From Elusimicrobiota bacterium (GTDB lineage: Bacteria > Elusimicrobiota > Elusimicrobia > UBA1565 > UBA9628), in contig DAHVNA010000014.1 in the NCBI GenBank assembly GCA_027319565.1, positions 1 through 50,370 on the forward strand: a stretch of 50,370 nucleotides of DNA. The letters run 5' to 3'. A program made the position numbers and the translations under genes. A model generated the notes under the pieces. That model did not search any database, was not told where the DNA came from, and was given only the letters and a program-made list of their open reading frames with translations. Below are positions 1 through 10,670 of this stretch, piece after piece (the stretch's first letter is position 1; each line of letters begins with the position of its first letter).

Positions 1-653
1 GAAGCCGCTTCCTCATTATGGGTGACCAAAACAACGGCCACGTTTTTCTCGCGGGCCAAACCCTCTAAATCCTTAAACACCATTTCTCCGTTGACCTTGT
101 CGAGATTCCCCGTCGGCTCATCGGCCAGCAGAATTTCGGGGTTGTTGATTAAAGCCCGGCAAAGAGCCGCCCTTTGGCGCTCGCCGCCGGAAACCTGGGA
201 GGGATAGCGCTCGGCGATTTGGGGCAATTTTAAATGCTCTAACAAACCCAAAGCGCGTTTTTGAACTTCCAAATAAGACTCATTTCTGGGCCGTGAGGAA
301 ATTAAGGCCGGAAACAAAATGTTTTCGAGAATCGTAAAATCGGATAAAAGAGCGTCAAATTGAAAAATAAAGCCCAATTTCTCGTTGCGCAAAAAAGAGC
401 GCGCCTCTTCGCTTAAAGACAGGGCTTTTTTCCCTCCGATTAAGACCTCTCCGGCATCTGGGCGATCCATCAGCCCCAGCATATTGAGAAGGGTTGATTT
501 TCCCGATCCGCTAGGCCCGAGAATAGCGACAAATTCCCCCGGCTGAATCGCGAAAGAAACGTCTTTTAAAGCGGCAACGACATTTTCTCCCTTGCCGTAG
601 GATTTCTTGAGGTTCCGCGCCTCCAAGATATGCGCCAATTCCGGCTTATCCAT
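1..653 (-). CDS. lolD: Lipoprotein-releasing ABC transporter ATP-binding subunit (3' end outside window)
   Basis: Not in ORF track. Manual translation from ATG at 653 gives MDKPELAHILEARNLKKSYG...GPSGSGKSTLLNMLG (Walker A), then SGGERQRAALCRAL and ILLADEPTGNLD. Overlaps the lolE stop. Confidence 0.9.
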   Translation of the reverse strand, partial: MDKPELAHILEARNLKKSYGKGENVVAALKDVSFAIQPGEFVAILGPSGSGKSTLLNMLGLMDRPDAGEVLIGGKKALSLSEEARSFLRNEKLGFIFQFDALLSDFTILENILFPALISSRPRNESYLEVQKRALGLLEHLKLPQIAERYPSQVSGGERQRAALCRALINNPEILLADEPTGNLDKVNGEMVFKDLEGLAREKNVAVVLVTHNEEAA

Positions 654-1878
654 AATGAATGGCCTCGACCGGATCGACCAAGGAGGCTTTTCGAGCCGGA
701 TACAAGGTCGCCAACACCGCAAGTAAAATGCCGACCAGCGAAACCGCGATGACATCCATCGCTTGAATATCCACCGGAACGCGGGAAAGATAATAAATAT
801 CGGAAGGGAGTTTGACAATCGGATAATGGACAATCAAATAGCAAAGAGTAAAGCCAAGCAAAAGCCCCATCACAATCCCAAAACCGCCGATGATCAGGCC
901 CTCGGCCAAGAAAATACGGCGAATTTGCCGCGGAGTCGCCCCCATCGCTTTTAAAATTCCGATATCGCGCGTTTTCTCGACGCTGTGAACAATCAAGGTC
1001 GAGGCGATATTGAGACTGGCGACCAAAATAATCAAAACCAAGATTAAAAACATGACGAATTTTTCAAGTTTCAAGGCGGAAAAAAGAGTTTGATTCATCT
1101 GGGCGTAGGTGCGGACCACCGCGCCAAAGCCGAGACGATTGCGCAACTCTTCGGCCACCTTGGACACTAAAGCGATATTGTCAAGCCTGACCTCAAGCCC
1201 AGTCGCACGGGTCTTAAGGCCGAAAAAAGCGGCGGCCGCGGGAATATTGGTATAAGCCGTCATCGAATCATACTCGTAATAGCCGGTATGCAAAAGCCCC
1301 AAGACCTTGAATTTTTGCATCTTGGGCACCAGCCCAATGGCGGTCGTCATCTCCTTGGGAGAGACCAAAACCACTTGATCTCCCACCCAGGCGCCGACAT
1401 TGCGCGCCAATTCTTCTCCCAAGACGATTCCAGGAATTTTTCCGTTGTCGTTTAAATCCTTCCAAGAGCCCTCGCGCAGTTTTTGTCCCAGATCATTGAC
1501 TTTAAATTCGCTCGCCGGATCAAGCCCCTTTAAAATAATTCCAGAAGTATTGTGATCGTAAGTCAAAATGGCTTGCCCAATCACAAAAGGAGCCACGGCC
1601 TTCACATGGGGAGTGGAAAGAATTATTTTTTTAAAGCCTTCGATGTCGGCGGATTGCCCCAGCCCGTAGATGGTCATATGGGCTTGGGCTCCGATGATTT
1701 TTTTCTCGATATCGGTTTGAAAGCCGTTCATCACCGACAAAGTCGTAATTAAAGCCGCCACTCCCACGCAAACCCCAAGAATGCCAATTAAGGCCGTCGC
1801 GCCCGCAAAAAGCCCCTTGCGCTTGGCTTTGAGGTATCTAAACGCGACAAAAAGCTCAAAGGGCAAGAACTGAGTCAC
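646..1878 (-). CDS. lolE: Lipoprotein-releasing ABC transporter permease LolC/E
   Basis: VAFRYLKAKR N-terminus, SVMNGF, EKTRDIGILKAMGA, TLYPARKAS..DPVEAI; adjacent to lolD. Confidence 0.9.
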   Translation of the reverse strand: MTQFLPFELFVAFRYLKAKRKGLFAGATALIGILGVCVGVAALITTLSVMNGFQTDIEKKIIGAQAHMTIYGLGQSADIEGFKKIILSTPHVKAVAPFVIGQAILTYDHNTSGIILKGLDPASEFKVNDLGQKLREGSWKDLNDNGKIPGIVLGEELARNVGAWVGDQVVLVSPKEMTTAIGLVPKMQKFKVLGLLHTGYYEYDSMTAYTNIPAAAAFFGLKTRATGLEVRLDNIALVSKVAEELRNRLGFGAVVRTYAQMNQTLFSALKLEKFVMFLILVLIILVASLNIASTLIVHSVEKTRDIGILKAMGATPRQIRRIFLAEGLIIGGFGIVMGLLLGFTLCYLIVHYPIVKLPSDIYYLSRVPVDIQAMDVIAVSLVGILLAVLATLYPARKASLVDPVEAIHYG

Positions 1879-3431
1879 TGTCCACCGTTGAGCGCCGGAT
1901 CGGCATGAGGCTTGAGGGTTGGAAAGAAAATAACGTCGCGAATGGAACTTTGTCCGGTAAAGAGCATGACCAAGCGGTCAATTCCGATTCCGATTCCGCC
2001 GGTCGGCGGCATTCCCGCTTCCATGGCTTCGACAAAATCGGCGTCCAAAACATCCGCCTCGTCATTGCCCTCGTCTTTTTTTTGGCGCGCCTGTTCTTTA
2101 AGGCGTTCCACCTGATCAAGGGGATCGTTTAACTCGCTATAGGCGTTTGAAATCTCTTGGCCAGCGGCAAAACACTCAAAACGCTGCACCAAGGATTCCG
2201 TTCCAGATTTAAGTTTCGCCAAGGGAGTGACCGCCGTCGGGTAATCAAAAACAAAGGTCAGCCCCTCGAAATGATTGAGAATGTGGGAATCCATAATGCG
2301 ATCAAAAATTTTGGCGCTGGGAGCTCCATCTCCCGCGGGAACGCCGAGTCGATGGGCCAAATCCAAAAGAGCGGAGTGGTTAAAACGTTTCCCCTCTAAA
2401 ACCCTGTCGATTTTTTCGCCGCAAAATTTCTCCCACGCCTGTGGCAGATAGACACGGTCAAAAGGAGGCTTGAGCGAAATCTTTTTGCCGTTAAATTCCA
2501 CTTCATGAATCCCCGTCGCCTCGGCGCAGGCTGAAACCAAGCGCTCAAAAAGCTGGGCCATGCCCTGATAATCGGAGTAGGCTTGATAGGCCTCGATCAT
2601 CGTAAACTCGGGATTGTGGCGGGTATCTATCCCCTCATTTCTGAAAACGCGGCCAATCTCATAAACCTTGTCGAAACCCCCGATGATCAGGCGTTTTAAA
2701 TAAAGTTCGGTGGCGATGCGCAAAACCATATCGGATTCAAGAGCGTTGTGATGGGTCTCAAAGGGCTTAGCCGAGGCCCCGCCCGCTTGCGACAAGAGAA
2801 CCGGAGTTTCAACCTCGATAAAACCGAGATCGTCTAAGGTCTTTCTAATCGTGGAAATAATGCGGCTTCTTAAAACAAAAACGCGCCGAGTCTCTTCGGA
2901 AGAAATTAAATCCAGATGCCGCTGGCGATACCGCACTTCCACATCCTTAAGCCCATGCCATTTTTCCGGCAAAGGGCGAAGGGCTTTGGCCAATAAAACC
3001 GTATGCCCAGCCGCGATGGTCGGCTCTCCGGTCTTAGTCTTAAAAATAAGCCCGGAAACGGAGACAAAATCCCCGGAATGGACATCCCTTTTGATGAGTT
3101 CAAACTCGGATTCGGGCATCGCGTCTTTCTTAAAATAGACCTGAATCTTTCCGCTTAAGTCTTGAACATGGGCGAAAAGGCTTTTTCCCATATCTCTTAA
3201 ACTGACCACTCGCCCGGCGACCGCCACCGTTTCCGTTCCGTGTTGGCCGGCGGAGAGATTTTGGGCCAAATTAAAAGATTCAATGCAGGAGTGGGTTTTT
3301 TGAGACTCCGCGGGATAAGGGTCTATGCCGCGAGAGCGCAAATCCAAGACCTTTGCGATTTTCTGGGAACGCAGTTCTTCTAAACCGCCGGAGACTGGAA
3401 CAGATCCTTGCGCTTCATTTAAATGCGACAT
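1875..3431 (-). CDS. lysS: Lysine--tRNA ligase (class II)
   Basis: LPEKWHGL, RIATELYLKRL, FRNEGIDTRHNPEFT, GMPPTGGIGIGIDRL. Confidence 0.97.
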   Translation of the reverse strand: MSHLNEAQGSVPVSGGLEELRSQKIAKVLDLRSRGIDPYPAESQKTHSCIESFNLAQNLSAGQHGTETVAVAGRVVSLRDMGKSLFAHVQDLSGKIQVYFKKDAMPESEFELIKRDVHSGDFVSVSGLIFKTKTGEPTIAAGHTVLLAKALRPLPEKWHGLKDVEVRYRQRHLDLISSEETRRVFVLRSRIISTIRKTLDDLGFIEVETPVLLSQAGGASAKPFETHHNALESDMVLRIATELYLKRLIIGGFDKVYEIGRVFRNEGIDTRHNPEFTMIEAYQAYSDYQGMAQLFERLVSACAEATGIHEVEFNGKKISLKPPFDRVYLPQAWEKFCGEKIDRVLEGKRFNHSALLDLAHRLGVPAGDGAPSAKIFDRIMDSHILNHFEGLTFVFDYPTAVTPLAKLKSGTESLVQRFECFAAGQEISNAYSELNDPLDQVERLKEQARQKKDEGNDEADVLDADFVEAMEAGMPPTGGIGIGIDRLVMLFTGQSSIRDVIFFPTLKPHADPALNGGQ

Positions 3432-3433
3432 TT

Positions 3434-3838
3434 CTATTTTTTCCCAGACAAAAGATTGATTAAAAGATCCCTGAGTATCTTCGGATTAAAGGGCTTCTGA
3501 ACATAGGCCGCGACATTGGGGGCCATTTCAAAAAGCTCGCGCATTTTTTGGCCCTTAGCCGTCAAGATGACGATGGGAATCTTGGCCGTTCTCGGGTCGG
3601 CCTGAAGCTTGGCGTTGAGCGCGTATCCATCCATGACCGGCATCATGATGTCTAGAATGATGATATCCGGCAAAGCGATATTGGGGTCTGGCGGCTGAAT
3701 GCCGAAATATTTCAAAGCCAGTTCGCCGTTGGCCGCGTCAGAAACCTCAAAGCCCGATTTTTCCAGAAATACCTTAAGCAGGGTGACAATTTCCGGCTCA
3801 TCATCGACAATTAAAACCTTCGTTTTCTTTTCGCTCAT
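3434..3838 (-). CDS. Single-domain response regulator (receiver)
   Basis: VDDE, IILDIMMP (phospho-Asp), LTA, KPF. Confidence 0.9.
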   Translation of the reverse strand: MSEKKTKVLIVDDEPEIVTLLKVFLEKSGFEVSDAANGELALKYFGIQPPDPNIALPDIIILDIMMPVMDGYALNAKLQADPRTAKIPIVILTAKGQKMRELFEMAPNVAAYVQKPFNPKILRDLLINLLSGKK

Positions 3839-4230
3839 TTTTTGCGCTCCAAAACCTGGGCAATGACCTGCCTTAATTTCTGGATGTCAAAAGGCTTGTT
3901 GACATAGGCGGCGACATTGGCACGGTCAAACAGCTCCCGCATCTCGCCCTTGGCCGTCAAAACAATGACCGGAATCTTTCGCGTTGACTCCATCTCCTGA
4001 AGCTTAGTGCAGACCGAATACCCGTCCATGATGGGCATCATGACGTCAAGCAAAATCAAGTCAGGCACAAACTGCGGGGCATCCGCTTTCTTTCCCCCGT
4101 CCACTCCCATTTTGACCAAGGCCTCAAGGCCGTTATAGGCTTCCGTGACCTTGTGTCCATCTTTTTCAAGAAGAAATTTGAGCAAGGTGACCACGTCTTT
4201 TTCATCTTCAACGACCATAATGTTTGCCAT
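3835..4230 (-). CDS. Single-domain response regulator (receiver)
   Basis: VEDE, ILLDVMMP, LTA, KPF; paralog of the downstream gene. Confidence 0.9.
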   Translation of the reverse strand: MANIMVVEDEKDVVTLLKFLLEKDGHKVTEAYNGLEALVKMGVDGGKKADAPQFVPDLILLDVMMPIMDGYSVCTKLQEMESTRKIPVIVLTAKGEMRELFDRANVAAYVNKPFDIQKLRQVIAQVLERKK

Positions 4231-4294
4231 GATAAAATTCTAACAGTTTTTTCGCGTTTTTTACGAACCGGAAAACAATATACAATAGCTTTTG

Positions 4295-4780
4295 ATGAGC
4301 GTCAAAAAAACCGAAGCGGTCAAGGACAAAATTAGCGTCGCGTTAAACCGCAAGGCGCGGATGCTTTACGAAATTTTCGACACCTATGAGGCGGGGCTTG
4401 AGCTGAGCGGCGGAGAAGTTAAATCTTTGAGATCGGGGCGCATCTCCCTAGACGGCTGCTTTGGTCAATCTAAAGACGGCGAGCTTTATCTATTTAATCT
4501 TCACATTCCGCATTACACCTTCGACACCTCTAATCCCAGCGATCCGCGGAGATCGCGCAAACTCCTTTTACACAAGGCGGAAATCAGAAAAATATCGGGC
4601 CAAATTGACGCCAAGGGCATGACCTTGGTCCCGCTTGAAATTTATTTTAAGCGCGGCTGGGCCAAGGTCAGTCTTGGAATCGCGCGCGGGAAAAAAGGCC
4701 CCGACCGCCGGGAAGAGCTCCACAAAAAAGCCCTCAACCGCGAAGCGGAAAAAAGTTTCAAGGGAAAGTTTAGAGCCTAG
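4295..4780 (+). CDS. smpB: SsrA-binding protein
   Basis: NRKAR..Y, EAGLEL.GGEVKSLR, RKLLLHK.EI, LVPL..Y; ATG at 4295. Confidence 0.97.
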   Translation: MSVKKTEAVKDKISVALNRKARMLYEIFDTYEAGLELSGGEVKSLRSGRISLDGCFGQSKDGELYLFNLHIPHYTFDTSNPSDPRRSRKLLLHKAEIRKISGQIDAKGMTLVPLEIYFKRGWAKVSLGIARGKKGPDRREELHKKALNREAEKSFKGKFRA

Positions 4781-4785
4781 CGCGC

Positions 4786-5532
4786 CTAGAACCTAAGGCC
4801 CAAACCGCCTTCGGTCCCGCTTTGGCCGTGCAAGAGCACATAGGCAAGATGAATATAGAAAAATTGGGCGGGACGGAATTGAAGTCCGGCAGTAAAACGG
4901 TCTCCCCAAGCCCGAACATAGTCTCCGTCTAAGGATGGATCGAGATTTGAGTTTTTGACCGACAAATTCGTCAAATCAAGGCCCGCGCCTAAATAGGGAG
5001 TAAATTTTTGCGTTCCCATGGATGCGACCAAATTGCACCCAAAATGGCTGGCGGAAAAATCTTGTTCAGTCACCGAATCAGCCACGCCTGAAATCATCAA
5101 TTGCGGAGACCACGGAGTGTCTTTCGGCTTAATGATCCCGTAGCGCAGTCCCCCGCCCGCCACCGTAAGCCCCCCGTAACTCATTCCACGAACAAATCCG
5201 TCAATGCGGAAGGGAAGCCCGACCTCGGCTTGAACCATCGGCATGCCAAATGTTTGAGCGCCGTTATGCCCCAAGATGGTATCGCCCGCCTCCGGAGTAA
5301 ATTGAGCGACCGCATGAACGCCGACATCAAAACCGGAAAAACCTAAAATTCGTCCGGAATGGAAGGTGGAAGAACCCAGAATTCCGCCCAAATCCCGCGC
5401 AAACGGAGCGAGAGAAGACTGGGTCGCGTAATTGGCGAAATTGCTGTAAGAAGCCGCCGCATGGGCGCTCAAGACATTTAAAAAAGCGCCACAAGATATC
5501 AGACACGCCAGCAAAAAAATTACGCGCTTCAT
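4786..5532 (-). CDS. Exported outer-membrane beta-barrel protein (DUF6588-like)
   Basis: Signal peptide MKRVIFLLA..., alternating beta-strand pattern, C-terminal Phe (GLGLRF); ATG overlaps the coaX stop (ATGA). Confidence 0.6.
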   Translation of the reverse strand: MKRVIFLLACLISCGAFLNVLSAHAAASYSNFANYATQSSLAPFARDLGGILGSSTFHSGRILGFSGFDVGVHAVAQFTPEAGDTILGHNGAQTFGMPMVQAEVGLPFRIDGFVRGMSYGGLTVAGGGLRYGIIKPKDTPWSPQLMISGVADSVTEQDFSASHFGCNLVASMGTQKFTPYLGAGLDLTNLSVKNSNLDPSLDGDYVRAWGDRFTAGLQFRPAQFFYIHLAYVLLHGQSGTEGGLGLRF

Positions 5533-6293
5533 TTGAGCTTCTCCCAAGCCAGCCGCAAACCTTCCAAGGTCAGGTTTGGAGAAAAAAAGACGCCTTTTGG
5601 CAAATCGCGCTTAAATAAATGAGAAAGCCCGCCGGTCGCCACGACATGGGCGCTTTCGCGCGAAATTTTCATTTCCTTAAGGCTCATATCCAAAATTTTT
5701 TCAATCATTCCTAAATACCCAAAATAGAGACCAGCCTGAATACATTCGATTGTATCTTTTCCGATGGCTCTTTTTGGCTTAGCGATATTGACCAGGGGCA
5801 ATTTCGCCGTTTTTTCCTTAAGGGCCCAGGCGGTCATGTTGGGGCCGGCCAAAATCGCGCCTCCCAAATATTCGGAGCGGGAAGAAACGCAGTCAAAAGT
5901 CGTCGCGGTCCCGAAATCAATGACGATGGCCGGAAGGCCGTAGAGCTCTTTAACGGCCAAAGAATTGAGAACCCTATCCGCGCCGACCTCGCCGGGTTTT
6001 TGGACCTTCAATGTCAAACTCGAAAAAGACTCGGGGCCCGCCTGCAGAGCTTTGACTCCAAAAGCCATTTCGACAGCCTTGCGGATTTTTAAGTCGAGTG
6101 GCGGAACCACGCTTCCAAAAATGGCAGCATTAACCCACACCTGATTTTTTTTTGCCGCTTGGGAAAAATTACGAACCCAGCCCTTTAAAGGGAGTCTTCT
6201 GTCGCTTGGGTGTTCCCAGCGACGAATCAGGCGCCCTCTTTCGAAGGCGCCGATCGTGACACTGGTGTTTCCGGCATCAATGGCCAACAACAT
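5529..6293 (-). CDS. coaX: Type III pantothenate kinase
   Basis: IDAGNT, GSVVP, VGADR, IDFGTATTFD, VVATGG. Confidence 0.95.
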   Translation of the reverse strand: MLLAIDAGNTSVTIGAFERGRLIRRWEHPSDRRLPLKGWVRNFSQAAKKNQVWVNAAIFGSVVPPLDLKIRKAVEMAFGVKALQAGPESFSSLTLKVQKPGEVGADRVLNSLAVKELYGLPAIVIDFGTATTFDCVSSRSEYLGGAILAGPNMTAWALKEKTAKLPLVNIAKPKRAIGKDTIECIQAGLYFGYLGMIEKILDMSLKEMKISRESAHVVATGGLSHLFKRDLPKGVFFSPNLTLEGLRLAWEKLK

Positions 6294-6305
6294 CCGAACG
6301 CCAAC

Positions 6306-7235
6306 TTATTTTAAGGCCGCCGCCAAGTCTTTAACCGCCGAAGCCGATTTTTGAAGCGCCGCTTTTTCCTCATGGGTTAACTCAAGGGAAATAATCTCTT
6401 CAATGCCGCCGCTTCCAAGCTTCACCGGAACCCCGACGAAAACGCCCTCGATTCCATATTCTCCTTGAAGGTAGGCCGCGCAAGGAATAATCTTATGCTT
6501 ATCTTTGAGAATCGCCTCGACCATTTCCGCCGCGGAAGCCGACGGCGCGTAATACGCAGAGCCGGTCTTTAAAAGCTTTACGATCTCAGCCCCGCCGTCC
6601 CGAGTTCTCTGAATGATGGCCTCCAGTTTTTCTTTAGAAATAAATTCAGAAACCGGAATCCCGGCCACGGTCGAGAATCTCGGCATCGGAACCATGGTAT
6701 CTCCATGTCCGCCCAAAACCATCGCGTGAACGTTTTCCGCTGAAACGTTCAAGGCATCGGCGATGAAAAAGCGCATCCGGGCAGAATCCAGAGCTCCCGC
6801 CATTCCGATGACGCGATTCTTCGGAAATTTCGAGGTTTTAAGCGCCACTTGACACATCGCATCCAAAGGATTGGAAACGATGATTAAAATGGAATTCGGG
6901 GAATATTTGACGATCTCCTGGGTCACATTTTGGACAATGCCCGCATTGATATTTAAAAGATCGTCGCGGCTCATGCCGGGCTTTCTCGGAACTCCGGCGG
7001 TAATAACAACCACGTCGGAATTTTTGCTCTGTTCGTAGCTTGTCGTCCCGAGAATTTTAGAATCATATCCGTAGATGGGCGAAGATTCCATCAAATCAAG
7101 AGCCTTTCCCGCCGGCATTCCTTCCGTCTGGGGAATATCGATAAGGACCACGTCTCCAAGCTCCATTTCCGCCAGCCTCTGGGCAAGGCTCGCGCCGACA
7201 TTTCCCGCTCCGACAACCGTCATCTTTTTTCTCAT
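6306..7235 (-). CDS. mdh: Malate dehydrogenase (LDH-like type)
   Basis: [17 protein letters not shown] (MDH Arg), GGHGD, GSAYYAP. Confidence 0.95.
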   Translation of the reverse strand: MRKKMTVVGAGNVGASLAQRLAEMELGDVVLIDIPQTEGMPAGKALDLMESSPIYGYDSKILGTTSYEQSKNSDVVVITAGVPRKPGMSRDDLLNINAGIVQNVTQEIVKYSPNSILIIVSNPLDAMCQVALKTSKFPKNRVIGMAGALDSARMRFFIADALNVSAENVHAMVLGGHGDTMVPMPRFSTVAGIPVSEFISKEKLEAIIQRTRDGGAEIVKLLKTGSAYYAPSASAAEMVEAILKDKHKIIPCAAYLQGEYGIEGVFVGVPVKLGSGGIEEIISLELTHEEKAALQKSASAVKDLAAALK

Positions 7236-7261
7236 TTTAATCTCCTTGAATTTTTCTGGGT

Positions 7262-8836
7262 TTATAGCGGCATATTGCCGTGCTTCTTTTTGACTCCTTC
7301 TACTTTTTTATTTTTGAGAAAGCGTAAAGCGCGAATGACCTTAGAGCGAGTTTCAGAGGCGACAATGACCTCATCGACATATCCGCGGCTCGCCGCCTGG
7401 TATGGAGAGGCAAACTCGTCCCGATAAGCCTTCAAAAGCTCTTCTCGTTTTTTGAGCGGGTCGGGAGCGCGTTTAATCTGATCTTTAAACAGGATGTCCA
7501 CCGCCCCTTGAGGCCCCATGACCGCAATTTCAGCGGAAGGCCACGCGAAATTAATATCGCCGTGAATGTGTTTAGAACTCATCACATCATAAGCCCCACC
7601 ATAAGCTTTGCGCAAAATGACGGTAACCTTGGGAACCGTCGCCTCACAATAAGCGTAAAGAAGTTTCGCCCCCCTCCGAATAATTCCGCCGTGCTCCTGA
7701 TCCATCCCCGGCCAATAGCCCGGCACGTCCACCAAGGTCACAATCGGAAGCCCGAAGGCGTCGCAAAAACGGACAAAACGAGAGCCTTTTTCCGAGGCCG
7801 AAATATCCAGAGCACCGGACAAAACGCCGGGATTATTGGCCACAAGCCCGGCGACTTCCCCGTTAAGCCGAATAAAGCCGACCACCAAGTTTCGGGCAAA
7901 CCCACGATGAACTTCCATAAATTGCCGGCTGTCCGCAAGCTCCCGAATCACCTCATGAATTGAATAAGACTTTTTGGGATCCATTTCGGCGACTTCATCA
8001 AAAAAAGGGCTGGTTCGGTTTGGATCATCGGAGGGCAACACGGAAGGCGGCTTTTCTCCCGCGTTTTGAGGGAGATATTCCAAAAGCTCGCGAATTTGGC
8101 GAAAGCAATCCTGCTCGCTGCCGGCGACAAAATGGGCAACTCCGGATTTCTGGCTATGGGTTTCGGCGCCGCCTAGGGTCTCAAAATCGCAAACTTCCCC
8201 AGTCGCCGATTTGACGACATCCGGCCCGGTAATGAACATATGGCTAATTCCCTCGACCATGAAGACAAAATCCGTCAGGGCCGGAGAATACACCGCGCCG
8301 CCGGCGCAAGGGCCTAAAATCGCAGAAATCTGGGGAATGACGCCGGAAGATTGCACATTTCGGTAAAAAATCTCCGCATAGCCGCCAAGGGCCTCGACTC
8401 CTTCTTGGATCCGAGCTCCACCGGAATCACAAAGCCCAATGACCGGAATGCCGGATTCTAAAGCGATATCCATCACCTTGCAAATCTTTCGCGCGTGAGC
8501 TAAGCCCAAGGTTCCGCCCGCGACGGTAAAATCTTGGGAAAAAACGCAAACTGGGCGGCCATGAATGCGGCCAAACCCCGTCACCACTCCATCGGCCGGA
8601 AAATATTTGGCATCAAGCCCAAATTCTCTGGCGCGTTTTTCAACCAATAAATCGATTTCCTCAAAAGAGTCATCGTCAAGCAAAAGTTCCAGCCTTTCCC
8701 TGGCCGTCAACTTGCCTTTTTCTTTATGCGCTTTTTCCCTTTCCGCCCCACCTCCAGACATCGCGCGCTTTTGGCGTTCGGCCAAGGCCTTGGTTTTAGG
8801 GGAAATTCTTGAATCTTCGATAAATTCGCTATCCAT
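7262..8836 (-). CDS. pccB: Acyl-CoA carboxyltransferase (propionyl-CoA carboxylase beta / methylmalonyl-CoA decarboxylase alpha family)
   Basis: [47 protein letters not shown]; direction of catalysis cannot be read from sequence. Confidence 0.88.
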   Translation of the reverse strand: MDSEFIEDSRISPKTKALAERQKRAMSGGGAEREKAHKEKGKLTARERLELLLDDDSFEEIDLLVEKRAREFGLDAKYFPADGVVTGFGRIHGRPVCVFSQDFTVAGGTLGLAHARKICKVMDIALESGIPVIGLCDSGGARIQEGVEALGGYAEIFYRNVQSSGVIPQISAILGPCAGGAVYSPALTDFVFMVEGISHMFITGPDVVKSATGEVCDFETLGGAETHSQKSGVAHFVAGSEQDCFRQIRELLEYLPQNAGEKPPSVLPSDDPNRTSPFFDEVAEMDPKKSYSIHEVIRELADSRQFMEVHRGFARNLVVGFIRLNGEVAGLVANNPGVLSGALDISASEKGSRFVRFCDAFGLPIVTLVDVPGYWPGMDQEHGGIIRRGAKLLYAYCEATVPKVTVILRKAYGGAYDVMSSKHIHGDINFAWPSAEIAVMGPQGAVDILFKDQIKRAPDPLKKREELLKAYRDEFASPYQAASRGYVDEVIVASETRSKVIRALRFLKNKKVEGVKKKHGNMPL

Positions 8837-9227
8837 GGGGCTCCACAAGTTCAATCAAAACATTCTGGGTTGCCTTGGGGTTCAAGAAACAAACCTTGTG
8901 CCCGCGCGCGCCCGTTCGAGGACGCTCATCGATTAAAGGAAACCCCAATTTCTTCAACTCCTCCATCTGCTCGGAAATTTTAAAAGTCTCAAAAGCCAGG
9001 TGATGAAGCCCCGCGCCTCTTTTCTCGATAAAACGCGCAATCACGCTGTCGGGACTGGTCGCCTCCAGAAGCTCAAGGAAAGTCTCTCCCGCTTTTAAAA
9101 ACGCCACCCGCACTTTTTGGCTGGGAACTTCTTCTTCGGAAAAAATCTCAAGCCCCAGGGAGGCGCGGTAAAAAGCGGCGGACTCTTTAATCGAGGAAAC
9201 CGCAATACCCACATGCTCTAATTTCAT
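8829..9227 (-). CDS. mce: Methylmalonyl-CoA epimerase
   Basis: True start [10 protein letters not shown] at 9227 (ATGA overlap with meaB); QKVRVAF, GLHHLAF, VLIELVE. Confidence 0.93.
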   Translation of the reverse strand: MKLEHVGIAVSSIKESAAFYRASLGLEIFSEEEVPSQKVRVAFLKAGETFLELLEATSPDSVIARFIEKRGAGLHHLAFETFKISEQMEELKKLGFPLIDERPRTGARGHKVCFLNPKATQNVLIELVEPHG

Positions 9228-10255
9228 TTTTGAATCTGGCCCCTGGCCAATCCTAAAATATCGGAAGCCAAATCCACGATATTGACTTTGCGGTCGACAA
9301 GCCCTTCGATGTCTTTTTCCGAGACCTTGCTTAAAAAATCGCGGTAAAGCCGCCGCGAGACATAGAGAGACAATTCCTCCCGGCATTGATTTTTTAGACG
9401 ATTTCTGCCTTGGGAAGTTTCTTTGAGGTGCTTTTCATGCCGGTCCAGATGCTCAATCAAAAGTTCAAGGCCTTGCGAGTCGCGGGCCGACACCGCCAAA
9501 ACCGGAGGTTCCCAAACCTGGGGGTCTTTGACTTCCAAAACAACGCCCCAAGATTTCTCGACCGGATGGTGAAGGCGTTCCTGGGCAGAGAGCGGCATTG
9601 AGCGGCCTAAGCCTAAAGCCGAGCGAATATCGCTGACCGCCTTATCTTTTCCTTCCAAATCCGCCTTGTTGACCACGAACAAATCTCCCACTTCCATGAC
9701 CCCGGCCTTCATCGCCTGAATTTCATCTCCCAACTGGGGAGTGGTCACATAAACGACCGTGTCGACTGCGCGAGCGATTGCGACCTCGTCTTGCCCGATT
9801 CCAACCGTTTCGATGATAATTTTATCGCAGCCGTAAGCCTCAAGAACATGGATTTGAGAAAAGATAGTATCGGACAAGCCTCCGACCATCCCGCGAGAGG
9901 CAATCGAGCGAATAAACACTCCTTTATCTCCGACATGCTCTTGAATGCGCAGGCGATCTCCCAAAAACGAACCCCCCGAGATCGGGCTGGAGGGGTCCAC
10001 CGCGAGCATCCCGACTTTTAAATTTCGCTTGCGGTAAAGAGAAATGAGACGGGAAGCCAAGGAAGATTTCCCCACTCCCGGCGGACCGCAAAGCCCTATT
10101 TTTTGCGCACGGCCCAACTCTTGAAAAAAGGCCCGCAAGATTTCGTCTGCCTCCGGCTGTCCATCTGACGCCAAGGTCAAAGCCCGTGAAACCGAAGCGA
10201 TATCTCCGCGCTTAACGCCTTTAATGGCCGCAACAACGTCGTTATTTTTTCTCAA
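9224..10255 (-). CDS. meaB: Methylmalonyl-CoA mutase-associated GTPase
   Basis: [35 protein letters not shown]. Confidence 0.93.
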   Translation of the reverse strand: MRKNNDVVAAIKGVKRGDIASVSRALTLASDGQPEADEILRAFFQELGRAQKIGLCGPPGVGKSSLASRLISLYRKRNLKVGMLAVDPSSPISGGSFLGDRLRIQEHVGDKGVFIRSIASRGMVGGLSDTIFSQIHVLEAYGCDKIIIETVGIGQDEVAIARAVDTVVYVTTPQLGDEIQAMKAGVMEVGDLFVVNKADLEGKDKAVSDIRSALGLGRSMPLSAQERLHHPVEKSWGVVLEVKDPQVWEPPVLAVSARDSQGLELLIEHLDRHEKHLKETSQGRNRLKNQCREELSLYVSRRLYRDFLSKVSEKDIEGLVDRKVNIVDLASDILGLARGQIQK

Positions 10256-10670
10256 GCCTCTCCCTCAAATACCCGACGATCGAAGACAGCGGAGTGCCGG
10301 GACCAAAAACCTGATCGACGCCTTGTTTTTTAAGTTTGGAAACGTCTTCATCGGGAATGATGCCGCCTCCAAAGACGATCACATCTTCCAAACCCTTTTC
10401 CTTTAAAAGACGAACGACTTCAGGAAAAAGCGTCATATGCGCCCCCGACAGAAGAGACAAGCCCACCGCGCCCACATCTTCTTGAAGAGCGGCATCGGCA
10501 ATCATCTCCGGAGTCTGTCGTATGCCGGTGTAGATCACCTCAAAACCCGCGTCTCTAAGCGCTCGGACGATGACCTTCGCTCCCCTGTCGTGGCCGTCGA
10601 GACCCGGCTTAGCGATTAAAACCCGATGCGGAGTCAAATTCGATTTTTGAATATTTTCTGATTTCACCAT
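10242..10670 (-). CDS. Methylmalonyl-CoA mutase cobalamin-binding small subunit
   Basis: [13 protein letters not shown] (DxHxxG base-off motif), SLLSGAH, GGIIP. Confidence 0.93.
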   Translation of the reverse strand: MVKSENIQKSNLTPHRVLIAKPGLDGHDRGAKVIVRALRDAGFEVIYTGIRQTPEMIADAALQEDVGAVGLSLLSGAHMTLFPEVVRLLKEKGLEDVIVFGGGIIPDEDVSKLKKQGVDQVFGPGTPLSSIVGYLRERLEKK

